64,000 nucleotides of DNA from Felis catus (lineage: Eukaryota): NCBI RefSeq assembly GCF_018350175.1, contig NC_058383.1, positions 22,818,001 to 22,882,000 on the forward strand, read 5' to 3'. How positions within the stretch are numbered: position 1 is the first letter of the stretch; every line of letters begins with the position of its first letter. Position numbers and translations under genes: made by a program. Shown in pieces: positions 53,881 to 64,000 of this stretch. The notes under the pieces were generated by a model. That model was given only the letters and a program-made list of their open reading frames with translations, was not told the origin of the DNA and made no database searches.

Positions 53881-55934
53881 TTGTTTGTTTTTTTTTAATT
53901 CAAGAATATTGAATAAACCCCCAAAGGGAGGGCTGCTCTATCAACTAGGAAAATCTGCCTGGGGTCTCTGGCAGCCTGACAATTTCTTCCACAATTTATG
54001 CAGGAGGACCTTGCCTTTCCTCTTGGGAAAGGGGTGAGCCAAAGATGGATTTTAGAGGAGGAGGCAGACTCAGAACTGCATTTCCTGGATGGCTCCTGTC
54101 TTTCAAACTCTTGTTGACAGAGTCTTCATGCTGTGTTTGCTTTCCTTACTGCTGAGGGCTCGGCTATACCAGGCTTTATCCTGTACGATCACAATTACAT
54201 GAGAAAACACCTCGCTCACCAGGCCCACTGCCAGGATCCATGTCACCTCGTTCTAAGGGGCAGATGACTTGGGGTGCCAATGGTGAGGACACGAGCCCAC
54301 GGCCCCGCCCCTACACAGCCATGCAAGTGGCCACTTGCCCAGGGTGGGTGGTGGGTGTTGGCAGCTGGCAGGAAAGAATGTGGTCAGTTTCAAGTGCTCC
54401 CTACTTCTCTCCCTGCCAAGGCTGGAGGCAACTTGGAGTGGGCAGTCCCCACCCAGCCCGGAGCAGGGGGGGGGGGGGGGGGTTGGTTATTCTACTGGGA
54501 ATAAAATGCAGTGTTCCCAACTAGAGTCCGAAAAGTAAGGTCAACCTGATGGTATTTTGAGGCTCACGTGGAAGGCCCAGCTCTCCTCTCTCTGTTTCCC
54601 ATTGAGACACACAAATTATTCTATTATTATCAAGATGGTGAGCTTTGGAGTGAGCCCGCCTTGGACTTGAATGACGTCTTGGACCCACCCTATCCCCTCT
54701 GAGCCTCTGTTGCCTCATCTGTAAATGCATCCAATAGTAGCACTTTCTTCCCTGGGCTTTTGTTTTCAGTGACCATCACGAGATAATGCTTGTAAAGCAC
54801 TTGGGGAAGGTGTTGCCTAAATGTTGGCTATTATTTAGGGGAAAGAAAGGTGGAAACATGGGGGTGGCTGCTAAGGTTACATTCTTATCTACAAGGCTGC
54901 TTTAGAAAGGACAGGTGCTAGAAGGGGAGTTTCCCAGCTTGGTAGATGAATGATTCCGTTTGGGGACTGCACTTCCCGGAGGCTCAGCTTGCCTGTGTCA
55001 CATGCCTGTGGGAAACTTTCCTCGGCTCCCAGTGTCTGCAGACTGAAGACCAGACCCTCCGCTCTGCTGGCTTTGATGATGCCTCACAATGTGCCCCCAA
55101 ACTACACATCTTTTTATTCTCCTTGCTTTCCTTCAAAAATGGGGTAGCGGTGAAGAGCCTGGATTCAAATCCCAGCTCTGTCACATTCTCACTGTGTGAC
55201 CGTGTAGAATTGACCCATCCTCTCTGTGCCCTGATTTTCCCATCTGTAAAACAAGTGGGAAATAGCACCTACGTCACTGGGTTGGTGTGGAGGCTAAATT
55301 GTAAATATGAAGAAGCGCTTTGCAAAGTGTCTGGCATGTGAAGAGGGATGAGTGTCTGTGAGCGATTTCTCTTGTGCTTCTCAGACCCATGTCCAGTAGG
55401 ACCGCTCGCTGAATGCCACAGATACTCCCGATCTTCCCACCAGCATACTTCTATTCATGCTGCTTCTGCCCTGGACTGCCTTTCCCCCAGGCCCAGCTCC
55501 CATGCCACCTCTCCCAAGAAGCGTCCTGTTCCCAAGGATTGGAAATCATCTTCCCTCCTCCTCAACCCCATAATATTTTCTGTGGACCAGCCCCTCCTAT
55601 TATATTTGGTTCCACCCCCCTCCTATCATGGCTATTCATACCCCTCTCTAATCTATCCTACTGGGTGGGGAGGTCCCTAGACAGATTTCCCCATGAGCTT
55701 GGAACTTTGCATACAGTAGGTGCTCAAAAAATGTGTCTGGACTTCAGGGCTGGGAGGCAGGGTTGACTTTCAGCTGCTCTCCTCAGGTAGGGTTGCGAGG
55801 GTTGTTTATGGCAGGAGACCTTTCCGAATGGAAGGTGGCTTTCACCCAGACATTCTAAATATCATCACTGCTTGTATGGGAGGGGTGAGGCAGGAAATTC
55901 TTGGTCTCCCTCCATCTACCTGCCACATGGAGTT

Positions 55935-56300
55935 ATGTTATGGGCTGAGTGTGGAGATATGGTCTCTAGAGAGGTGATGAGTTAAAAGAAGCCAGTAGGG
56001 TGGGCCCTAAGCTGATCTGACCGGCCTCCTTTTTGGAGAGGCCCAAAGAAACACCGGGACACCCCAAGAGGTTTTCTTGGACACCCCAAGAAACACCGGG
56101 GCTGTGTGCTCCCAGAGGAAAGACCACATGAGGACACAGAGGGAAGCACGTCATCTGCAAGCCAAGGCTTCTGGGAAGCCAACTCGGCCGCCACCTTGAT
56201 CTTGGACTTCCAGTCTCCAAAACCGGGAGAAAGTAATTTTTTATTCTTTAAGCCAGACTGTCTGTGCTATTTTGTCATAGCAGCTCCAGCAGACCGATAA
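55935..56300 (+). mobile_element. MaLR LTR (MLT1A/B-like)
   Basis: tgttatgggctga start; tagggtgggccctaa; ccttgatcttggacttccag; tttaagcca...gtgctattttgtcatagcagc. Confidence 0.8.
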
Positions 56301-57284
56301 GCGCTGCGAAAAGAGAAGTAACCAGTAGGCACGACAGTGTGTAGGGTGAGGAGTGAGAAGGGTACTGGCAGACCCCCTCCTGAACCTGGGACTGGGGATG
56401 AGTGGGTCAGTAAATCCACCCCACTGCCCCTGAGTAGAAATAATTTAGACTTAGGGGTGAATTTAGTCTTTTCTTCCCTAACCAAGGGATGCTTTAGAAA
56501 CCCTTCTTTCCAGGTTAAGGGCAATAGGTGGAACTAGGGTATCTTAAACTCTTTTTTTTTTTTTCTTAATTAGGCAAAGAACAAGTTGAGTGTCCAGCAC
56601 TTTGGCGAAAAGACCTTGTAGTATTCCTTCTACCAGCCTAGCAATGGCTTCCTGTCCCACTTACTGTGTGGCCTCAAGCACCAGTAAGCCTGGCCCCTGC
56701 CCACTCCAGGCTCACCTCCTACCCTTCTCTCCTGTCCTCGCTTCTGCCCCTCCAATATGCTAGGGTCTTCCAACCTCAGGGCCTTTGCACTTGCTGCTCC
56801 TGCTGAGTGGAACAGGAAAGCTGGCTGTGCATCGGTCACTCGGCAAGCTCTTTAGAAGACATGCGTGCCAGGACCTCACACACAGTGACTCTGGCTCTGC
56901 AGGTGGAGGCAGCGTCTAGCATCTGTACATTTTTTAAAAATTTCCACACAGAGTCTGATACACAGGCAGAGTTGAAAACCATTACTCTAGATCTACCTTC
57001 ATGGGGCTAGCTTCTCCTCTGAAGCCTCAGCTCCAATGCCGCCTCTCAGAGGTGACCTGACCCCCAAGTCCCCAGAGTGCTCGAGCCCATGGCCCTATTA
57101 CTTTCTCCATAGAACCTAACACCCTGGGAGACTATCTAATCTATTCATGTGCTTCCTGTCTGTCTCCAACCACTGGAGTTTTAAACTCCCTGCAGGTGTA
57201 CCCTGGGCCTCTCTCATTTCCAGCTCCACCCCAGTAGCACAGCTGCCCTGTTCGGGACAGTAGCCACGACCACACAGGGCAGCT

Positions 57285-58590
57285 AGCGGGTGCTGGAAAA
57301 CCCCACTGGTCCAACTGAGATGTGCTCTCCGTGTGAAACACAATTCGGATTTCAAAGAAATCATGCGAAAAACAGAGACATAAAATATGAATATTTTTCA
57401 GGATGAAGAGAGTTCTTGAGATTGGTTGCACAATGTGAATGTACTTAACACATCACTGTAACATACATTTGATAATGGTTAAGATGGGGGGCACCTGGGT
57501 GGTTCAGTTAGTTAAACATCCAACTCTTGACTTCAGCTCAGGTCATGATTTCATGGTTCGTGAGTTCGAGCCCCGCACTGGGCTCTGTGCTGGCACTGCA
57601 GAGCCTGCTTGGGATTCTCTCTCTCCCCTTCTCTCTTTCCCCCACTCACACTCTCTCTGTCTCAAAATAAATACATAAAAACTGAAAAAATAATGGTTAA
57701 GATAGTATATTTCATGTTTTTACCACAATTAAACATTTTTTTTAATGTTTATTTATTTATTTTGAGAGAGAGAGAGAGTGCAAATGGGGGAGGGAGAGAG
57801 GGAGAGAGACAATCCCAAGCAGGCTCTGTGCTGTCAGCATAGAGCCGGACACAGGGCTTGATCCCACGAACTGTGAGATCATGATCTGAGGAGATACCAA
57901 GAGTCAGATACCCAACCGACTGAGCCACCCAGGTGCCCCCTGCAATCAAAAATTTTAGGGGCACCTGAGTGGCTCAGTCGGTTGAGCATCTGACCTTGGC
58001 TCAGGCTGATCTCACAGTTTGTGAGTTCAAGTCCCACATCGGGCTCGCTGGCTGTCAGTGCAGAGCCTGCTTCAGATCCTCTGTCCCTCTCTCTCTACCC
58101 CTCCCCTGCTTGCCCTCTCTCAAAAATAAATAAAACATTAAAATAATAATAAAAATTTTAAAAATCTCATTAACAATTCTTGATACAGATGAAATGTTGA
58201 TGTTGATAATACTTTGGATATATGGGCTTGATAAAATATATTATTAAAATTAATTTCGGGGCACCTGGGTGGCTCAGTCGGTTAAGCGTCCGACTTCAGC
58301 TCAGGTCACGATCTCACGGTCCGCGAGTTCGAGCCCCACGTCGGACTCTGGGCTGATGGCTCAGAGCCTGGAGCCTGCTTCCGATTCTGTGTCTCCCTCT
58401 CTCTCTGCCCCTCCCCCGTTCATGCTCTGTCTCTCTCTGTCTCAAAAATAAATAAACGTTAAAAACAATTTTTTAATTAATTTCAACTGTGTCTTTTTTT
58501 TTTGAAAAAAAAAACAGCTGTCAGAAAATTTTAAGTTGCTTATGTGGCTCAGATTTGTGGCTTGTATTATTTAAACTGGTCAGCGCTGAC
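57285..58590. mobile_element. Nested cluster: MER33/MER3-like hAT relic, L1M 3' tail and four Can-SINEs (57487-57689 +, 57736-57940 -, 57958-58150 +, 58258-58470 +)
   Basis: Each SINE has flanking repeats, e.g. ATAATGGTTAAGAT at 57472-57485 and 57690-57703, AAAAATTTTA at 57948-57957 and 58151-58160. Confidence 0.85.
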
Positions 58591-59548
58591 CTCGAACCAT
58601 AGCTGGCACACAGCAGGCACTTAAATATGAGTTGAATACAAAAATGAATACAGTTACTGCCAAATAGGTGCTTTCTCTGAGCACAAGCAAGCCATTCTGT
58701 CTGGCAGACGGCAGGAAAGTGGGAGGGAGAATGCGGCAGAGCAGTTTACATAACTAAATAATCATAACTAACATCGACTATTATGCTGATAATAGCAGCC
58801 GCTGTGTGTTGAGCACCTAACATGTGCCGGGACGGTCATGACACTTTTTATGCACATCATCTCATTTGATCCTCGAGTCCATCCTGTACCCGTTCGTTGC
58901 ACAGCCAACTGCCCAAGGTCACCCAGCTAGTGAGTGGAGGGCTAGGGTTTGCACAAGGGCTCTCCAAGCCCCCCCAATGCACCTGCCCACTGTAGCGGCC
59001 ACTCTGGGTATGATCCCGTCCAGGGGGACTGGAAGGCACCGCCTGGGGCTGACAGTGGGCAGGGGTTTCCGGCTTCTGGGGGCAAAGAGCTCTTGTGAGT
59101 CAGTGAATCCCTGCTCTCAAGGGTCCAGGAAGCAAGTTAAATAATTCATAATCTCTGATCTTCTTAAGCTCACCCATCCAGATCTGGCTGCCAGCCCTCT
59201 CAAGTTCAAGGACTTCAGGGAACTGGCCCTGGACTGGGTGGTCATTCTTGTTCAAGGCAGTTGTGGCTGATGGCGCTAGGCCCAGCCTGACCAGAGAGAG
59301 GGCCCTGCCCATGTCCCCAAAGCTGTAACAGCCACAGCCTGTGGTGACAGGCCTGGGCCCACCTAATACCCCATATCTGGGGTTTGAGTCTGTTTGAGCA
59401 GGGCCCCCCTGTGGTATCTAATGGGAGACCTCCCTAGGGGTGGCCTTTATTGTAAGATGCACAGATCAGAACTCTTTGGAATGGGGAAGAGGTTTACAAC
59501 ACATGGACAGAAAGTTCTCCCATCTCCAGGGCCCCACTAGGGCTTTAA

Positions 59549-59572
59549 GTTTTTTTTAGTTTATTTATTTTT

Positions 59573-59610
<38 letters not shown>

Positions 59611-59766
59611 AAGAGAGCAGGGGAGAGGCAAAGAGAGAATCTCAAGCAGGCTTCACACTGTCAGTACAGAGTCCAATGTGGGGCTTGAACCCATGAACCG
59701 TGAGATCATGACCTGAGCCTAAATCATGAGTCGGACGCTTAACTGACTGAGCCACCCAGGTGCCCC
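59549..59766 (-). mobile_element. Can-SINE with (GA)n expansion
   Basis: Reverse-complement body; flanking gggccccacta repeats. Confidence 0.9.
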
Positions 59767-60354
59767 TCTGGGCCCCCACTATGTGTTTAAATCGTGAGTT
59801 TGAACTTGAGGAAGCTGCTTGGGTCTTCTCAAAGAGACGACCAAAACAGTCAGCAAAGACCTCATTCCCTGGGCAACAGCTGAGTGTCAAGGAGTCTGAC
59901 CTCAGAAAGAACAAACATGGGGCCATCTGAGGAACCTCAGAGCACCCTCACCCCAGGTGAGAGCCAATGGGTCAAGCCCACAGTGCATAGCCAAGAACGA
60001 TGGCTCCTAAAGTCTGGTCCCAGAACAGTGGCAGCATCGCCTGGGAACTAGTTAGTAAATCCTCAGATCTCCTGAATCAGAAACTCTGGGTTTGAACAGC
60101 CATTCCCCCCCCGCCCGCCCCCAGCCTACAGGAGACTCTGTGCCATGCTAATGTTTGACAATGAGGCTTTCAGCCTACTACTCAAAAAGTACAGCACTGG
60201 GACCAAGCAGACCACCATCCTCTTGCATGTTGTTCGAGACACAACATTCCGGCCCCACTTGCCCTACTTGCCAAGACCCCAGGGCACGTGTGTGCATGTT
60301 GAAATTTGAGGTGCACTGGCCTAGAGTTCCCTACCATTAAGTCAAGGAGTCTCA

Positions 60355-60573
60355 GGGGTGCTTGGGTGGCCCAGTTGGTTAAGCGTCTAACTTCAGCTCA
60401 GGTCATGATCTCACAGTTCGTGAGTTCGAGCCCCACGTCTAGCTCTGTGCTGACAGCTCAGAGCCTGGAGCCTGCTTCGGATTCTGTCTCCCTCTCTCTC
60501 TCTGCCCTTCCTCTGCTCATGCTCTCTCTCTCTCTCAAAAATAAAGAAACATTAAGAAAAATTAAAAACAAAA
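60355..60573 (+). mobile_element. Can-SINE
   Basis: Perfect TSD AAGTCAAGGAGTCTCA at 60339-60354 and 60574-60589. Confidence 0.93.
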
Positions 60574-60919
60574 AAGTCAAGGAGTCTCATACTCAAATGC
60601 TTTCAGGAGCCAAGCAGGGGATGCACAAAAAAATGAAGCCAAAGCATATCCAGCTGATTATCACCACTGGGAAACGTACGCTCGGGAGGACCAGAACTTC
60701 CAATTTTCCAAGAGAATCTGGAAACCCAGAGGCCAAAGTGAAATTCCCTAATTTAAAAACTACTGCGTGGGTCACACAAAATAAGACCTGTGCCAGCTTG
60801 CAAACGTGCTCATAGCCCTCGGGGCCGGAAAAGTGTCTTATGCTCTGGGCAAGCTTTCTGAGCTTGGGACAGCCCTCCCAGGCATGGCAAGAGGCATGGG
60901 ACTCCAGAAGGGCTGGGAC

Positions 60920-61095
60920 ACAGGTTCTCAAACTTGGCTACATCATAGAATCACCTGTAGATCTTTGAAAAACACTGATGCCTGACTCCCACCACCAGAG
61001 AGCCCCATCTACCTGGTCTGGGGCATGACCTGAGCGCTTTTCAAAAGTTCCTCAGGTAATTCCAACGTGCAGCAGAGTCTGGGAACCACCAGGCT
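60920..61095. mobile_element. MER5-family hAT-Charlie relic; others near 60005-60160, 60170-60320 and 31810-31950
   Basis: ggttctcaaacttggct...agaatcacctg...caggtaattccaacgtgcagc...gaaccac. Confidence 0.75.
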
Positions 61096-61099
61096 ACAG

Positions 61100-61413
61100 C
61101 AGGAGTCTGCAAACGTTTTCAGTAAAGGGCCAGACAGCACTAGTTTAAGCTGTGCGGGTCACATAGTCTGTCACAGTTACCCAATCTGCCACAGTAGCGA
61201 GTGCAAAAGCAGCCATAGTTAACAGGAAGTGTTTTTTGACAATACTTTATGAACTCCCCATTTTCAATTTCATTTAATTTGCACGTTAATGGAAGATTAT
61301 TTTTCTCTTGTTTTTTTTTCAGCCATGGAAAAAAACCATTCTTAGTTCACAGGCTGAGAATCAACAGGTGGTGGGGTGAGCTTGGCCTTGGGGCCAGAGT
61401 TGGCTGACCCCTG
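61100..61413. mobile_element. MER58B-like hAT-Charlie element
   Basis: Termini caggagtctgcaaac and gttggctgacccctg; gtaaagggccaga; aaagcagccatag. Confidence 0.8.
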
Positions 61414-62164
61414 AGCCGGAGGAATGAATTGAGGGCATGGAAGCCGGGACTGCAGGCCTTCTCCTTCCCGGTATTTGCCCACACAATCTCCCCTACACGA
61501 TCTCTGCAACCTTAGTAGCACTTGATTATGAAAAGGTTGTGTTGACAAGGCCCGGTCAAGTATTGGCTTGATCTGGCTCTGGGCCACAGACTTCAGATTG
61601 GGCCCCCAATCCTTCAACACCCTGGCAGGATTTCAGGGAGCTGCCTTCCAATGGGCGACTCTGAACCTCCCCTCCCCCCGTGCTGGCGACGTCATTAAGC
61701 TTTAATATGTAGTGACCATTTAACTACACGGCAGGCGCTGTGCTTAGGGCTTTACCAGCACCATCTTGTGTCCTTTTCACATATTCACCTGTGTTATTAT
61801 ATAACCATTTTTTGGGATGGGGAGACTGAGGCACAGAGAAGTCAGATGATTTGCCCAAAGTCACACAGTGAGAGCAGTAGAGCACAACTGAACCCCTGTC
61901 TGACTCCAGAGCCTGTTTTCATAACCACTTTGTTTTATCACCTCTCGATAATCTACGTTAAGGACAATCAATAATCCATCACCATCACCAGTCACCACAA
62001 TGCCAGACACAGCCTTCTCAAGGACAAGCCTCAGGCAGCAAACCTGGTCTCTCTGTATCTCAACTGGCATCTAGACACCATTCAATCTTCTCTGCCTTGA
62101 ATTGCAGCCAGACCTGGGGCACCCAAGATAGATGCTGCACTCTCTCCAGGAACAAGGAGGCTCA

Positions 62165-62297
62165 CAGAACTGCCTCATACAGCTGTGCAGGTATATACTG
62201 CACAACTCTAGGTGGCACCATTCACAATGCAGTCTATGTGAAGGACAGCCCTGGAGTTGTGCAGCACACAACCCACATAGCGGTTCATAGCAGCCTC
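62165..62297. mobile_element. MER91-like palindromic hAT-Tip100 element
   Basis: Inverted arms CTGCACAACTCTAGG (62198-62212) / CCTGGAGTTGTGCAG (62250-62264) and TTCACA / TGTGAA. Confidence 0.75.
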
Positions 62298-62878
62298 GGA
62301 GGCTGGAGGTGAAATGCTCGTGATTGCTTGGCATAGGATTGACCTTGGATGCTCACTATGACTGTTATTTGGAAATAGATCATCAAAAAAGGGAGAAAGG
62401 CCCAGTAGGATATGCCACGATGGATGGTGGGGGCGAGGCTGGCAGCTTTGGGGAAGCCTTGGAGTCAGAAGCAGGCTGGCTCCTCTTGGGACCTTCCCCA
62501 TCCTCCTCCAGTCCTGCCTCAAGTTGCCCTAAGCTGGCCCTCCAGTGCCCGTTCTCACGCTGGGCAGCACCTGGCCCTCAACGTCCAGGGCTGCTGGGAA
62601 CTCCCAACCAATCACTCAGGCCCTCCCCTTACCAGTGTTTCCCTGTGTTTGCTTTGCTTTTATGATTTGAGCCAGGCCCTGTGCCAAGGGTTGCCTGCAC
62701 CAGCTCTCGTGACCCTCATCACAACCCTGAGAGGCAGGAACCGACCGAGATCATCCCCGTTTTACAGACAAGGACTCTGAGGTTCAGAGAGGTTAGATCT
62801 CATGCACCAAGTCACATAACTGCAAAGTGTCAGAACTAGGAATCAAATTTGGGTCTTTCAGACTCTAGAGTGCAAACT

Positions 62879-63095
62879 CTTTTTTTTTTTTTTTAATGTT
62901 TTTTTACATTTATTTATTTTCGAGAGACAGAGCACAAGTCGGAGAGGGGCAGAGAGAGGAGACACAGAATCCGAAGCAGGCTCCAGGCTCTGAGCTGTCA
63001 GCACAGAGCCCAACGCGGGGCTCAAACTCACAAACTGTGAGATCGTGACCTGAGCCAAAGTCTGACGCTTAACCGACTGAGCCACACAGGCGCCC
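62879..63095 (-). mobile_element. Can-SINE
   Basis: Reverse-complement body; flanking tgcaaactctt repeats. Confidence 0.92.
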
Positions 63096-64000
63096 AAGAA
63101 TGCAAACTCTTAACAATCTTTCTGGGGGATGGATGTGGTGTGTCTTCTGGGTCTGATGCTCTACGTGCATATTGGGCCTTGGGTCTGGGAAGCCATGTGG
63201 GTGACCATGACATTCATTGCTGCTGGTGATGATGGGGATGAAGGTGATGATGATGGGGATAGTGATAACAATGACAGGCGTGAATATGATGATATATATA
63301 CCTACTGGATGGGGTTACTGTGCAGATTCAAGGAACTAAGTCAGGCCAAATGTATCTCACTGCGCCTGTCCTCCGTCAGCATTCTGTAAGTGCTGGGTCA
63401 ACTGGGCTTCCCGTGCCCTGGACCTCCAAAGTGGGTTCCACTGCATTCGAGTTTATTGAGTGAACACCTTCCTCCTCCAACACTAGGTGAAAGGCAAGAA
63501 TCAAAGACAAGGAAGGGATAAAGGGGGTAACATTCTTTTCCCTTGGCCCCTCCTTTTTCCAACTAAGTCTCCATTTCCTGCCACCCTCTGAAATCCAGCT
63601 TGGGGTACTGGGCCTTGGGCCCAACCTCTGGAACCGAGTCGTTGGGAGGCAGGCCCAGCCTCTGTGTGCTTCGTGGGTCCCTGGGTGGCCATCTGGCAGG
63701 AAGAAGCCAGGGCTCCGGGGAAATTTAGAGGCTAAGAATCTGGTGCCCAGGAAGGTGATGCGCAGTTACCCCAAGAGTCATAGCCACACGCAAGCTGGGC
63801 TCTGGGCTGCCCCTCTCTGTTGGGGGAGATTCGAATCTTAACCCACACAGTGACCCAGGGTAGTTCCTGGGAAGCAAACAGCTGAAACCTTACACTGTGG
63901 GTAAGCCAAGGGTTTCGAGAACTCTGTCACAGAGTAAAAATTTCCACTCCTCTTCCGCACCCACTTCTCAAATAACACCTGGAAGCCGAGGACAGGCAGG

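Noticed and set aside
54466..54482. 17-nt G homopolymer
   Set aside because: Simple homopolymer prone to sequencing length error; no supporting context
63220..63292. Asp/Gly-rich ORF segment (GDDGDEGDDDGDSDNND)
   Set aside because: Degenerate (GAT)n simple repeat next to MIR-like sequence
36016..64000. SCNN1B promoter or non-coding exon 1
   Set aside because: No CpG island or convincing TSS-plus-donor seen; probably beyond the right edge, though a short non-coding exon cannot be excluded by eye

Overview
Eukaryotic genomic DNA from a cat-family carnivore, inferred from the feliform Can-SINE (SINEC_Fc-type) and carnivore L1 content. Two protein-coding genes lie tail-to-tail. The + strand holds the last three coding exons of COG7 (469-5344). 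The - strand holds all 12 coding exons of SCNN1B, the epithelial sodium channel beta subunit (36007-12671; 1911-nt CDS, 636 aa, intact, all GT-AG). I see no promoter or first exon for SCNN1B, so 36016-64000 is probably intron 1. The rest is repeats: about 27 Can-SINEs, young and old L1 fragments, MaLR LTRs, a probable ERV1 solo LTR, DNA-transposon relics, MIR/L2 and simple repeats. Nearly all other ORFs in the track are spurious. I found no convincing novel biological system. The best leads are a MER91-derived miR-652-like hairpin, an in-frame stop-free last intron of SCNN1B, unusual beta-ENaC substitutions, an antisense solo LTR beside exon 5, and an intronic GRE/MRE palindrome. Repeat family names and cross-species comparisons are from memory and need database confirmation. 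Repeat boundaries are approximate unless a target-site duplication (TSD) is given.
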